64,000 bases of DNA, from the NCBI GenBank assembly GCA_964016885.1, contig OZ024746.1:26784001-26848000 (forward strand), in the 5' to 3' direction. The notes beneath the pieces are model-generated. The model was not told where the DNA came from. It did not search any database and saw nothing but the letters and a program-made list of their open reading frames with translations. This DNA comes from Eledone cirrhosa (lineage: Eukaryota). This document shows positions 1 to 16,105 of the stretch, piece by piece (position 1 is the first letter of the stretch; the number at the start of each line of letters is the position of its first letter). A program made the position numbers and the translations under genes.

Positions 1-480
1 TTGCTGCTAAATGAGAGTTTACAATATTCTTTGTTTATTTTTGTAGTAATTGGGAAATTCCTACACTATAACCATATCTATAGTCTAATGCTCTCCATAA
101 CTGACCATCTCTTCATCAATTTAGCTATTATTTATCTTGAAATTCATTATGAAATCTGTCTATAAATTTATTTACACAGTGGCGTATGATTTCGCGAAGA
201 TTTAGTTCCTGCTTCTGTGTAGAAATCCCCAATATACCTAATTTAAATATTTATCACTGATCCAGAATGTAATTATTCTCTTAAAATATAATAAAATATT
301 TCTGGTTTTAATTACTGATGAAGTTTAAATATTTCCTTGTTTAATTAATAGAATCTTTAAACCTTATTTTCTCCTCCAGATTGGCAATATACATTGGTTT
401 TATACATCTCAACATGGATGACATTGATATATATTCTTTTATTTTCAGATATTCCAGTTATTTTCAAAAGTCCAAAACAA
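1..480 (+). pseudogene. Inverted, internally deleted pseudo-copy of the cytokine-like gene (unit 1)
   Basis: 1-428 is the reverse complement of intron 1 and the start of exon 2 (~5712-6124). The exon-2 remnant 380-428 (WQYTLVLYISTWMTLI) is fused to the intron-4 3' end and an exon-5 remnant 449-480 (IFQLFSKVQN), which then stops. Confidence 0.8.
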
Positions 481-1689
481 GTAATACCCTCAGCGCTCCC
501 AATCCTATTTCCAGAGAGACCTGCCTACACGCAAGTTGTAAATAATATATAACAAATAAAATAGTTAATTTTTATATAATAAAATAATGTAATATATTCT
601 ATGTATAAATAAATATTATATATTTTATATTTTACTATATTGATATATAATATTGTTATACTTGGGGAGGGTCATATTTGTGTAATATTGCCAGAATTAA
701 TAATAGAACACACTTACTGTTGGGTTGGTTTTTCGCTTTTCACTTCTGTGTCTTTTATATCGGTAATCTAATTTATTCGGTCCTCAATGTTGCCACTCAC
801 TGCCCAACGGTCAAAAATAATACAGATACAATATAGACACAAACACATATATATAGTTTATCAAAGTTCTTTCGTTGTACATCTGCAACATCGTCAGTGG
901 TGCTATTGTTTCCTCCCGTTACATTGTACTTTCTACGCCATCTTCATTTAGTCTGTTTATATATTTATTTATTTGTTTATTTTATTTTGACTTCTTTGCG
1001 CATGCGTTTGCGTGTGTGTATAGTGTTTTGTTTGATGTGTGTTCGTGATTGGGTGACTGTGTATTGGTTAATGTATTCTATCTTTACTAGTGTGTGTTTA
1101 TATGTGTTTGTTGTTATTGTTGTCTATGTTACCGTCGTGTTGTCTGGCATGTTCGTATAGTACTGACCCGTTTTTTCGTCCTTTTAGTTCCCCCAGTGTT
1201 GGTCTATCCTTTCACCTGTGCTACAAGCTGTCTCGCCTATGTATGTTGCTGTCATGTTTCTGCAAGTACCCTCTGTACATCTTATGCTATAGACTACGTT
1301 TCTAGTTTTACAATTTATCCGTATAAATTTTATATTTTTTATTTTATATTTTATATTTTATATTTTATATTTTATATTTTATATACTATTATATCATTTC
1401 TATCGTCCCCTTAGGCTGAAGCACCCCAGGACCTTCTCAACGCTCCCGGGGTGGGGGCGTTAGCGTCCACTTTAAGAACCTTTGGTTTATGCGGTGGCAT
1501 TTTTCCTCTGGTCAGTTCCCCATAAAATAACCGTTTAGGAAGCCCTTCATCTTCCATCCTGCCCAAATAACCAGCCCAATGCATCTAGCTCATTATAATC
1601 CTTATCTCAATACTGGTGCTACCCGCTTTTCCGGTACAGCAGTATCAGATGTGTAAGAGGACCACTTGATGTTCAGTAAGCGTGGGATA

Positions 1690-2612
1690 CAAGATAAATC
1701 ACAATGAGTGGATTGATGATAATGATGTTACAATCACCAAGCCTAGTGAAGAGAAAAATAACTTGTATTGAAGTGTCTTGTTGCAGATGGTCCAGTGATG
1801 ATCACTTTTGAGAAGACCTTCAAAGAAACAAAGTCAAAACTGCCATATAAATTTCTAAGAATGAAGAATAAATTATGGTCTGAAGTTTCAGCCGAGATTC
1901 AGAAAGATTATAACTGCAGAGAATTACAGCACAATAAGTTAAGCTTTTGGCTCAGCGCACTAAAACATGGCACCATTGAAGTAAAGAGATGGGAAAGCCC
2001 TCATCAAAGAGATGGACACAATGAAACTCTAGATTTTGATGGAATACCTGTTGAGCTGATCCGCTTTCGAGGTGACAATGTTGCTATGGCCATTCATAGA
2101 CTAGTCTCATCAGTTTGGCATTGTGAGCCTATCCCGCAAGGCTGGGTAGATGCAATTTTGCTCTTGATTTACAATGGCAAGAGCTCCAAGTTTAAATGCG
2201 GTGGTTATCGTAGTATAAGTCTGCTCGATTCGGAAGGGAATGTTGTATCCAAGGTCTTGCTGAATCGTCTAAATGGATCTGTCCTGGGGCCATCCCTGAT
2301 AGCCAGGAACTAGGCGGAGTACTGTGGACAGGATTTTTGCAGTCCATCAGCTTCTGGAGTGCGTTGAGCAGCAAGTGTCACTGTACAAAGTATTTGTGAA
2401 CTTTATCAAAACCTTTGATACTGTTAATCGTAGTACATTGTGAATCATATTGGGGGAATTTGGATGACGTCACGAATTTGTTGGAATATGCAAAAAATTC
2501 CATCAAAATATGAAAACAAAAGTGAACTTCAACGGGACACTTTCAGAGCCAATTTCAATGGCAAACGGTGTCTAGCAAGGTGGCATTCCTGCACCCACTC
2601 TGTTTACCATCA
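1690..2612 (+). mobile_element. Decayed RTE-clade LINE reverse-transcriptase fragment (unit 1)
   Basis: DGIPVEL, IPQGWVDA, CGGYRSISLL, then KTFDTVNR and NGV*QGGIPAPTLF with stops and frameshifts. Confidence 0.85.
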
Positions 2613-3282
2613 ATGACCATATCTTTCTTAATCGGGTGAAATATTCCCTGGTTACGCGTTCCTTGTCACCGATACCATCATAGGATATATTCTCATCTAT
2701 CCCTAGGTATCTGTAGCAGTTCTTGTCAGATATCGGTGAAACAATTAAGCTATTGATAAAAATGTTGCTAGATTGGCTTGTAGTTTTTCCCCGTTTTACA
2801 ATCACATATGAACATTTAGGATAAATTCCATTCCTATATCCTTTGAGTTTGCCGTAACCAGGTCAAGATTTTTCTTCATCTCATTTATCTTTTTGGCATA
2901 GAGTTTCAGGTCATCCACAAAGAAATTATCGGTTAGGTTCCTATTTCTCTCCTCCTGGGAACCAATTATGTATCCTTCACATTTCTTGAGCAGAAAGGAC
3001 AAGGGGTTTAATTACAGAATAAATAGTAACACAGAGAGAATATACTCCTGTGATATTATATTTCATCAGTGAAAATAACATCCTTCTCCTCTGTTTTTAA
3101 CTTTAGGATAGTAGCCCAAGAAGAAGATAGGTTCTCTATGGCTCTGATAATAGTATCTGGGACTATCATCCAAGAGTGGGGAACAGAACTTTCCTGTAGT
3201 CCAGCCAGACTGTAACCACATTCTTGCTAAGTTGTTGCATCTCTCATTCCAGCTGCTTGCTCATCTGTTATGATGTTATTAT
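2613..3282 (-). mobile_element. Decayed R4/Dong-like non-LTR RT fragment (unit 1, short form)
   Basis: FFVDDLKLYAK, SKDIGMEF and YRYLGIDEN motifs in broken frames. Abuts the RTE relic tail to tail. Confidence 0.75.
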
Positions 3283-4240
3283 AACTAGGACCAATACAAC
3301 CGAATTAAGCTGAGGTAATGGTAATTCAAACAATTTAATTTTAATGATACTTCCAAAACTGGCTCCTTGTCTCATTAGAATTAAAACTGCTAGATCAGCA
3401 GTAGGAAATATTTTTATGCCGGTATACACGCTTAGAAATTAACTGACATTCAATGAAGCCACAATTTGAAAAACATATAGTCCCGCTAAAGTTCAAGCCT
3501 TTGGAAATATATAATTTCGAATGTAGTTGTTACTTTTCGTAACAATCATAATAAATTGAACAGATTAACGTTCAATATAATGAAATCAGCAAGAACGTTC
3601 TGCTTCTTTCAGTTGGCAGTAAATATTATTTGGGAAAGTTCGATATAAATATCTCAACCCTGTGTCAGAGTTTTTTCATGTTTGCCAGACCATCACCAAT
3701 ATTGTTATAGCGAAGTTTATTGTGAAATAAACCTTCAATCATATACTGTATATGATATACATTTCAAAGTATATTATATATATAATATGAATACATTACA
3801 CATTATAATAAATTGTAAACAAACGAAAGTAAGGTTTAAAAAAGTCGAACGTAATATAAATTCAATATCTTTAATGTTTCAATAAAAAAAATATAAATAT
3901 AAAAAGTTTATATAACAAATAATTATCTAAAATATAGATATATATTTTACAGTTCCAGTTTGGTGTTATCAATAATACCATTTCAGTAGGATTATAAATT
4001 TAAAGAAATGATACATAATATTACATAGGATATAAATGTAGAGTTCTCTGTTATATATCAAGCATTACAGAGAAATTAGATAAAATATTCATATTTTTAG
4101 AAAATATATTTACAAAATTACAACAGTATTGTTGAGAATTGAAGCTGAAACACTTCTACATATTTATAACGATACACTTGTATCTGGGTGTCTAACTGAC
4201 AGGGGTACCAAGGAATATTATAGATTGAGCATTAGATATT

Positions 4241-6614
<2,374 letters not shown>

Positions 6615-6732
6615 GTTGATCTTTTATAAATTTGTTAGAGGAAATATAAGTTAATGTGAGACGTCAGTAAATTTGCTTTGTACTCTTTTGAATACAATTA
6701 ATAAATGATAGTCAATAGAATTATAATGTGAC

Positions 6733-6813
6733 TTTATATACTTACCAGTGAAATTTATATATTTGGAAATACCGTTGATATATATATTGAAGATGGAGAA
6801 TTTGAAAGTTCCC
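6733..6813 (-). promoter_or_regulatory. Putative core promoter of copy 1: TATA box plus kappaB-like motifs
   Basis: TATATAAA at 6740-6733 lies ~120 nt upstream of the ATG, with an Inr-like TCATTT ~30 nt downstream. Imperfect kappaB-like CGGTATTTCC at 6774-6765 and GGGAACTTTC at 6813-6804. The block is conserved in copies 2, 4, 5 and 6. Caveat: ctg|gtaagt overlapping the TATA could instead be the donor of a non-coding exon. Confidence 0.45.
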
Positions 6814-7884
6814 AACATCCATAGTTTACTATTTGGATGAGAATAGATTTACTTTCAGTTGTAGAGACCGGCGTATCTATTTATAATCCCAATTTTAGTA
6901 GGAGAGATAAAAGTAGAGGGAGAGAAGGACGGGGTGAGAGGATGGTGAGAGAAAAAAGAGAAAGTTAAGTGAGAGAGAGAGGGGGAGAGGGAGAGGGGTA
7001 GGGAGGGAGTGAAAGTAATATGTAGGATGGAGGACGTGTGAATGGAGGGAGAAGGAGAGAGTAGTTAAGTGTAACAATGAATAACTACTTTTATCTTAAT
7101 TTTAGGTCAAAAGTCTATTTTACTTTATTTCATTGATGGGAAACATTTATTTCGTAGAAGTGTCATTTTAAACGTTTAGAATCACACACAAACACAAATC
7201 TTGGTTTTATATATATTATGTTTCTCTCAGTGCCAAAACTTCCAACAAAGATTTTGATGCTAAGAAGTAAATGCTATTTATGTTAAAATATTTGTGTTTT
7301 TCATATTGTAATATTTTCAATTTCTTCTGATAAAGAAATTCGCGTTTAATTTATTGTGTATTGTTTTGTTTGTCTGTTTGTTTTGTTGTTTTTTTTTATT
7401 TTATTTTCGATATTCCATAACCTCCGCTGAGAAAATACCACAATTCTTGGGTTATTTCACACTTTCATTATGAAACATAAGACGGAAGTGTTACAATACA
7501 TGTGACCTCCTACACAGCATCACACTGTCATAGTAATAGTAAAATATATGTCAGTTTCCATAAACGCTGAAACATAACTGAAAGTAAACAATTATCATTT
7601 AGTAAATATAGAATATTAAAGAGGTTATATTTTATATTACGTGCATGTGGTTAGAATGTCTGAAGAATGAATCAATGGACAGATTTGACGGACAAAACCA
7701 ACTGGCAGGGTATCCTGGGTGCAACCCGAGTAAGACGGTAGGGTAAAATACATGAGATCGGCTGGTCTAAATTGAGTATCCAGCCAGATCAAATATTGAT
7801 TAAATAGATCATCAATAGTTTTGGAGGATTGGGGGTCATCCTTCTCTCTCCGTATTACATGAGTTATAATTTATAGGTCTGTTA

Positions 7885-8422
7885 ATTTTCTCCAGTGTAT
7901 AGGTGTGGTGATTTTCTCCAGTCTATAGGTGTGGTGATTTTCTCCAGTCTCTAGGTGTCGGGGATTTTCTCCTGTCTATAGGTATGGTGATTTTCTCCAG
8001 TCTATAGGTGTGGTGGTGATTTTCTCCAGTCTATAGGTGTGGGGATTTTCTCCAGTCTATAGGTGTGGTGGTGATCTTCTCCAGTCTATAGGTGTGGGGA
8101 TTTTCTCCAGTCTATAGGTGTGGTGGTGATCTTCTCCAGTCTATAGGTGTGGGGATTTTCTCCAGTCTATAGGTGTGTTGATCTTCTCCAGTCTATAGGT
8201 GTGGTGATTTTCTCCAGTCTATAGGTGTGGGGATTTTCTCCAGTCTATAGGTGTGGTGATTTTCTCCAGTCTATAGGTGTGGTGGTGATTTTCTCCAGTC
8301 TATAGGTGTGGTGATTTTCTCCAGTCTCTAGGTGTGGTGATTTTCTCCTGTCTATAGGTGTGGTGATTTTCTCCTGTCTATAGGTATGGTGATTTTCTCC
8401 AGTCTATAGGTCTCGGGGATTT
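7885..8422. repeat. 26-bp minisatellite (ttttctccagtctataggtgtggtga), ~20 copies
   Basis: Direct tandem repeats with 26, 27 and 29-bp variants and no unique spacers. Confidence 0.95.
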
Positions 8423-10929
8423 TATTCAAGATTTGTAAGCCGTATATTTAGTTTGACTTAGTACAATATTTCTATGAGTGAACTACTTGAGTGTCTGGTT
8501 GATGTGTTAATGTTACTACAATAGAAATAATTACCTATAGGAAAATAATAATAGTATGGCACAGTTCATTACTGGTATCTTTGGATCAACACATCTATCA
8601 ACAAATCTACCAACTAATCTATCAGATGTCACGATAAATCTCTGGTCAAAATATTTACCATTAATCACTTGTTTGTACACTTCTCTTTTATTTTAAACCT
8701 ATTCATCGTGTTGGAGTTCTTCAGGTTGGTTCCTTCCAATCCTTTGGAACACATAATAATTGATTGTGTACACCTGTCTTCAGAGAATCTTGCAACAATT
8801 TAGTAATCACAATTCAATATATATATATATATATATATAGTGACGAAACATAAGTCTATTGCATGAACTCATAATCCTTTATTTACTGCTATATATATTT
8901 CGATGATAGCCATTGAATGGCTATGACCTCATCGGGCAGTTAGTCAGTTCTTAGATATGCCAGCTCTGTGTTTATAGTGTTGATGGTATCAGAGCCTTGG
9001 GACATATATATATATGGTAGGGGGGTGTAGGCATGATTCTCATGTTGAATACAGAAAATATGTATGCATCAGTCATGTAATAAGAAATGATACTAATAAT
9101 TACTCCTGACAGAAATCTAAGAGAAAACATTCAAGGAAAAAAGGTGTAGCTAATCAAAATGACTTCAGTACATCACAGGTGTTATTTTATTGATTTTCGA
9201 TGATTTGAAATCAAACCTTAATGACATAACTAATTAACGTGAATCTAACATCTAACCTAATGATAATTGTTTATATTAATATCATTTTTTGCATAGACAC
9301 AATAGCACAAAGCATAATCTATTATATCTATTTTGGTACAATATGCTATATTATCTATTATATCTATTTTGGTACAGTATGCTATATTATGTTCTCGTCA
9401 TTATTATTGTTTGTGTCATGGCTTCAGTTTATGGTTTCTATGGCTTTAGTTTATGGTTTTTTTCATCAGAATCCGGCATATTTGGGGACAAATCAGTGTC
9501 AACCAGGACACATTAATAAGCCGGATGGAATAACGTGACTGATCATACAAACTGAGGTAATCCCGGCCACAACAGGAAATACAGTCTGTCTATCCACATA
9601 CATTTATACATATAAACTGATCTCCATTCCTTTTACTGTAACACAACTAATATGTGGCTGGGTACTAATGTTAAACATTACTATTATTATTCGGATCCGG
9701 CTATCAGCTGAGTTTATCATAAAGACTGCCCCACCGCCCTTTTTAACCAGGAACGGTAGGCAGTTTTTATCTGCCTAATGGCCATGGTGATAGAGATCAT
9801 ATGTTTTTAGGATTCACTTGAAAAGGAAAATCGGGGTGGAGAGGGAAGTGTTGATTTCCAGCCAGTTTATTGAAAGATGGGTGAGAGATGTAATAATGGC
9901 CCGTGTGAATGTGTCTGCCCTGAGCGTGTGCCTGTAGTACTGAAGGAAGACAATGCTTGCCTTAACAGTCTGGGTGACCTTGGCTTATGTAGGCTTTCTC
10001 CACATGTAACCATTGGAGTCTCCTCGCCTTTGGGGATTTATGTTTGTTGTTTTAAATGTTTATTGCTTTAATATCTGTTATAAATATTATTTTACACAAA
10101 AAAATCTACAAGAAAGCATTTGGGAGTACCGGTAGAGCGTAGAGTTAAGTCCCTTTACATTCTGAGTTCAATAATAAGTATGTGTGTGTGCGGGAGGGGG
10201 TGTGTGTGTGTCTGTGTGTGTGTGTGTGTGTGTGTGTCTGTGTGTGTGTGAATAAACAACCAGGATTAAATTAAATCATTTAATATTTTACGAATGATAC
10301 ATAAAAGAAAAGAATGAAACTAAATGTAGTTAAAATAGATGTTGATAAATGTAAAAGTTGGTGTTTACAAATGTTTAATTGTTCTTTTCAAGTGGCTTGG
10401 GAAATACACTATTGAGGCAATAATTTCTTCGTTATTTTGATAGATAGATTTATTTATTTTGATAGATAGTAACCGGATACTACTAATAAACTTACATTAA
10501 TATATTGCCATTTATACATAATCAATCATTAATTAATACACATTGTCTTCAATTAACAAAGTATTTATGACAAACTTATAAAATATGCAATATTTGAAAA
10601 TATCGGATTGAAAATATGTAAAAATATAGCCCCGACATAAAATTTTATGAGGAACATCAAATTAAGCCCTGTACTTAATCAGCCATTAAATTTATTCTTC
10701 TCAATATTTTACTAAACTTTTAGACACATTCAATTTTTTCCAAACATCAGTTGTTAAAATGTTACCCAAACACACATGGTACTGTTTCGAAAATGACTTT
10801 TGAATTATATTTGTATACACAGATAATTCAGACTTTACAAAATAAAGTGTTCAAAAACTATTTTTTTTTTTACTTTCTCTCTCTCATACTCTCACTCTCG
10901 ACACAAACACATACATTCATGCAGACACA

Positions 10930-11048
<119 letters not shown>

Positions 11049-11228
11049 TAAGATCAAAAGATGGTTAAATGTGTTCCATGTATTTTATTATGCGCATTTC
11101 AAAGACAAATATCATCATGCAATAACATTTGTGTTTTCATCAGATAAAATAGGAGGACATGATATGCAGGTTAAAAACACTTGTGGATAGTGCAGTTCTA
11201 ATATCGTACTACAATAAAACTCACCTCC

Positions 11229-11326
<98 letters not shown>

Positions 11327-11362
11327 TTTACATATATATATTTATATATATATATATACATT

Positions 11363-11405
<43 letters not shown>

Positions 11406-11407
<2 letters not shown>

Positions 11408-11995
11408 TAAAACCCAGATAGACCATAACCCACCAGAGTACTTGATATTTGGGGTAGTAGAGTGGGTGACATAAAAAGATTCAGGACCCCGACGGCTGAA
11501 CTCCGGCCGGTTCGACAGCTAGATCAAAACTAAAGCGCCAGTAGTCGTGATTAAGGAAGTGGTTTTTATACCGGCTCTCTCACATACCCACATATCTCCA
11601 GGATTCGTTTCTTGATATTGATTCAATGAAGAGACATCAGATCGTAAATTATCGCTGGGTTGATGCATTTTTGATCCTGCGGTCATGACTCCGATTATTT
11701 ACAAGAACATTCAATTTACCAATTCATTTACTTCGGCACGGGTTGAAAGAGTTGTCCCTCCGGCCCACGAAACGTACGACTCTCGTATGGCGCCATTGTA
11801 GTAACAATAAATGTAGAAGAACAGATGTAGGCTTCAATAGATTTTGCTTTTGATATTTATACGGAAATATATTTAATGAAATAAGTCGACCGAATTCAAC
11901 TTAACCACAGTGACAAATACCAAAATATAGAGACTTGCAAAATTCTCATAAACATTTTCTCAAAATAAAATAGTTTCAAAGTTCAATTTACCTGC
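11406..11995. other. Unclassified CpG-richer segment between (TA)n tracts, probably an interspersed repeat
   Basis: Composition shift with no long ORF. The left ~420 bp is repeated at 28141, 37783 and 49684. Confidence 0.3.
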
Positions 11996-12016
11996 CATAG
12001 CTTCTCACACACACAC

Positions 12017-12075
<59 letters not shown>

Positions 12076-12240
12076 TGGAAAGTTATATTTAAATTGTTGG
12101 GTTACAACTACTAAATATTAATAACTGATATAAAAGCACTCGACAAGTATTTGGAGTATATTTACGATATTAAATAAATGGAAACTATATTTATAAAACC
12201 GGTATGTCAAATCTATTTATCTATAAAACTGTTTATATTG

Positions 12241-12306
12241 TATTTTGTCTGAGGAAGGCATAGCATATTGTTAATATGATATCCCTGAAATATATATAAT
12301 GAAATA
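12241..12306 (+). ncRNA. Type I hammerhead ribozyme in the 5' pLTR
   Basis: Stem I tattttgt/atgaaata, core CTGAGGA, stem II agg...catatt-gtt-aatatg...cct, GAAA, palindromic stem III tatata, then TA cleavage site. Confidence 0.8.
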
Positions 12307-12484
12307 AATATGGTTTTATAAATATAGTTTCCATTTATTTAATATCGTAAATATACTCCAAATACTTGTCGAGTGCTTTTATATCAGTTATTAATATTTA
12401 CTAGTTGTAACCCAACAATTTAAATATAACTTTCCATGTATCTTGCTCCAATACTGTTGAGCGCTTTATATTATAACTGAAAAG

Positions 12485-14697
12485 ATGGAATTCTTTAAGA
12501 TTACTTCCTCTTTAAAAGACATACCTCTACCTAGAAACAAAGACTTTATAAAACAATTAATAGATAAATCTGACTCTTTTATAAGGAGAATCAGGTGGCG
12601 AGCATTCCACTTTGATAAATCTAATATAAATGAAAATGTCTCGGACTTAAACAAAGTTTTCAAATCTAAAAGAAATCCACCCCCTAACAAACTTTTATCT
12701 GACTTTGAAAACGATATAATTTCTATCATACAAGGGGTCAAATTCAAGAGAAACTTCAAAGGCCAGGAATATCTGAAAGCCATTAAGGATAATATTGAGA
12801 GCTTAGAGAAAACTGAGAAGATCTTGGTGAAATCTGACAAGACCAACAACCTCTATGGAGTGCAGAAAGACATGTATAATGGCCTCATACTGAAGGAACT
12901 GAGGAAAAAGTACAAGGTAGCAGATAAGGCCGAGCTTGAGAAAATGAATGTCGAAGCATCTTGTATAATGCACGAGTTGGAAATTGAGAACAGAACACAA
13001 CCTTTCGTGCCCAGGAAACCGAAGATCAATATGAAAGATCACAAGAGGAATTTTGAAAATGACTTGCCAGTTAGATTGATCGCACCATCAAAATCGGACC
13101 TGGGCAAATTAAGCAAAAACATTCTTGACAGGGTGATACAGCAAATTAAGAACTTGGATTGTTTATCTAACCTGAGCTTGTGGAAGGGAACTGGAGAGGT
13201 TGTTGAGTGGTTTAAGCAAATTAAATATAACAATAATAATAAGTTTATTCAACTTGATATTGCTAACTATTATTCTTCTATTACCCCTAATCTACTAAAT
13301 AAGGCACTAAATTACGCATTCAAACATACAGACCTAACTAGCAATGAAATGCATATTATATTATCGGCTAGGAAAACATTGATAGAATTTAATGACCAAC
13401 TATGGACCAGAGCAGATAGAGATAGCAATTTTGACATTACTATGGGATCATCCGACTCAGCTCAGGTAACTGACCTTGTGGGCTTATTTTTAATCAATTC
13501 GCTACATAGGAAAATACCTGGTACTACCGGAGGTTTATATAAAGATGACATGCTTTTACTTATTGATAATAATAACTCTGAACTAAATAGAAAATGTAAA
13601 CAAATTACACAATTTTTTAATTACTTTAATCTTAAAATAGAAATTGAGAACAACCATAGAATAGTCAATTTCCTAGATATAACATTAAATCTCAACACAT
13701 GTCTTCACTATCCTTTTCACAAGTTGAATGAAAACTTAAACTATGTCAGCTTTAACTCTAACCACCCCAGATCTGTCAAAAACACTATAGTAAACTCTGT
13801 TCAAAAACGTATCTCTAGAATCTCGTCTAATAGAAAGATTTTCGACGAAAAAGCCCAGTACTACAATGAAGCGTTAGCTAGAGCAGGATATACTGATAAG
13901 ATTAGTTTCATAGATAATGATAGACAAACTAAACAAAATAACAACTATTTTAATTACGGCAACAACCTTAACAACTATAATAGAAAGCATTACAATAATT
14001 CCAAGGGCCAAAAAAGAAATAGAACTAGGAACATAATTTGGTTTGCCCCCCCTTTCTCACTAAACATTAAAACCCACATCGCTAAACTATTTTTTAAAGC
14101 TCTTGATAATCGCTTCCCTAGAACACATAGGTATCACTCAATTTTCAATAGACATACTATAAAATTAACCTACTCATCCACCAAAAATTTAGCACAAAAT
14201 ATTAATAGAATAAATAATAGGAACTTAAAACCTAGTGATAATAGCATAAATAATATACAAGTTAACAAATGTAACTGTAGAGATAGATCTAAATGTCCGT
14301 TAAATAACAACTGCTTAGTTAAAAATATAGTATACAATTGTAATGTTAAAACTGATTCTAATTCTTTTAACTACGTCGGTTCCACATCGACGGAATTTAA
14401 ACTTCGCTATAATAACCACAAGAATTCTTTCACAGATCCAAGCAAAAAATCTTCAACGGCACTATCAGGCGTACTCTGGCAACTTAAGTTAGATAACGTT
14501 AGATATTCGACGGCTTGGAATATAGTCTCAAGAGGGATTCCTTTTAATTCATCCTTGAGACATGTGACCTCTGCGCAGAGGAGATATTCTTTATACTAAA
14601 ATCTAAAAATTCCCTTAATCTACAGACAAATTTATTCAGTTGCTGCAAACATAGATTAAACTCAACTTTTAAATATAAATTTAAATTTAAAATGTAG
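12485..14697 (+). CDS. Penelope-like reverse transcriptase / GIY-YIG endonuclease, frameshifted near the C-terminus
   Basis: Motifs KSDKT, KDHK...PVRLI, QLDIANYYSSI, MGSSDSAQ, LYKDD and NFLDITL. Cys linker CNCRDRSKCPLNNNC, then NIVY...YVGST. The typical end TCDLCAEE...LN...CCKHR continues in another frame from ~14560 to TAG at 14697. Confidence 0.93.
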
Positions 14698-16039
14698 TAT
14701 ATTTAGTTTGATTTATAATTATTTGGGAAACTAGCCGATAAATCTTTCGATTTCTTCTTTTTATTCTTCTTTTTATTTTTATTTTTATTTTTATTTTTAT
14801 TTAAACATTCTTCATGAAAAATTAAACTACCCTAAAAGTTGATGCTCCAAATATTTCGAATAAACGTTACACTAGATAAACTTCTATATTAAATATAAGA
14901 ACACATGTAGACCAAATGGCATCCTAAACTTTTTGAAATGATTTTTGCTAGATGCGATTTGATAAATAATTTTTAGCTTTATCTGTTTTCGACTCTGATG
15001 CTTATAATGAACTTGGCAATATATTGTCAATTAATTTTGAAGGGTTGATCTTTGTGGTTTATTTTTATTATTGTAGTATTTTCTAATATTTTTATTTTTA
15101 ATATGTAATATTTTTTCGTAATATTTTTTAGTTTTCTATTTTATTATTATTTATTTATTATTATTATTATTATTATTGTTGTTGTTTTTTGGTTTTTGTT
15201 TCTGATATATTTTTTATTAATATATTGAAATCTGCTCTCTATTTCTGCATGATAGATAATCTTGTAGAGTAAAGACAAGAATAGTAGTAATATAGACTCT
15301 ATATATATATGTGTATATATATACACATATGTGTATACTTAAATTTTTATAGCACAATGAGAATGTTTTCCGTGTGAACTTAGGGTTTGCAGAGTTGATC
15401 ATGTAAATTCACATCGATGTTTGTAGTTATCATATAAACATATGAATTTTTTTAAAACTAAACATAAGATCATTACTTTTCACACATTATGGATACGTGT
15501 CTCATTCAGGAATACTGATATTTTCAATAGAGTGCCTGGTTTTTATACATATTAATACTTCTACATTAAAACATAGGGTTTTTATGCCTCGCCTATGTCT
15601 GGTTACTTTTCATTTTTCTCTCTATATAACAGCTGGTTTCTCTCCTAACCACATATATCTCCCTTACATTAATACTAGAGCTAAATAAATAAATAAATAA
15701 ATAAATGTATCATTGATACGTTTACTCAACGGATGTCCAACTACATATTTTTCTATATATATATCTATCTCTATCTATTTCCTCTCTCTATATATATCTC
15801 TCTCTGTTTCTTTACATGAAGTTCTTCTTTTTATCTATCTTTCCATCTCTCTATTTTGTTCCATGCATTTCTTCTTTTTCTTCTTTTTCTTCGTTTTCTG
15901 TCTTTCTTTCCTTTTTTTTTTTTTTTTCTCTATTTCTTTCGCTCTGTTTACAATTTTTTCACTGCCAATTCAAATTTCAAATACAAGTCGATGTTGCACG
16001 GTATGTCAAATCTATTTATCTATAAAACTGTTTATATTG

Positions 16040-16105
16040 TATTTTGTCTGAGGAAGGCATAGCATATTGTTAATATGATATCCCTGAAATATATATAATG
16101 AAATA
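16040..16105 (+). ncRNA. Type I hammerhead ribozyme in the 3' pLTR
   Basis: Identical copy of 12241-12306. Confidence 0.8.

Noticed and set aside
897-1414. Hydrophobic ORFs at the unit starts as membrane proteins
   Set aside because: They come from T/G-rich low-complexity DNA and (ttttata)n, and frames are broken differently by indels among units.
1405-1525. GC-rich hairpins as an HDV-like ribozyme
   Set aside because: Only a simple hairpin (aacgctccc/gggggcgtt) is evident; I could not build the nested double pseudoknot.
7885-8422. 26-bp repeat as a CRISPR array or coding repeat
   Set aside because: There are no unique spacers and no cas genes, the context is eukaryotic, and the 26-bp period breaks frame and introduces stops.
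9720-9772. Hairpin aaagactgcc...ggcagttttt as a pre-miRNA
   Set aside because: The stem is short and interrupted, and there is no other support from sequence alone.
11600-11790. Possible hammerhead in the unclassified segment (gaaacgtacg; ctgatgt)
   Set aside because: Core nucleotides do not match CUGANGA and NUH, and stems could not be closed.
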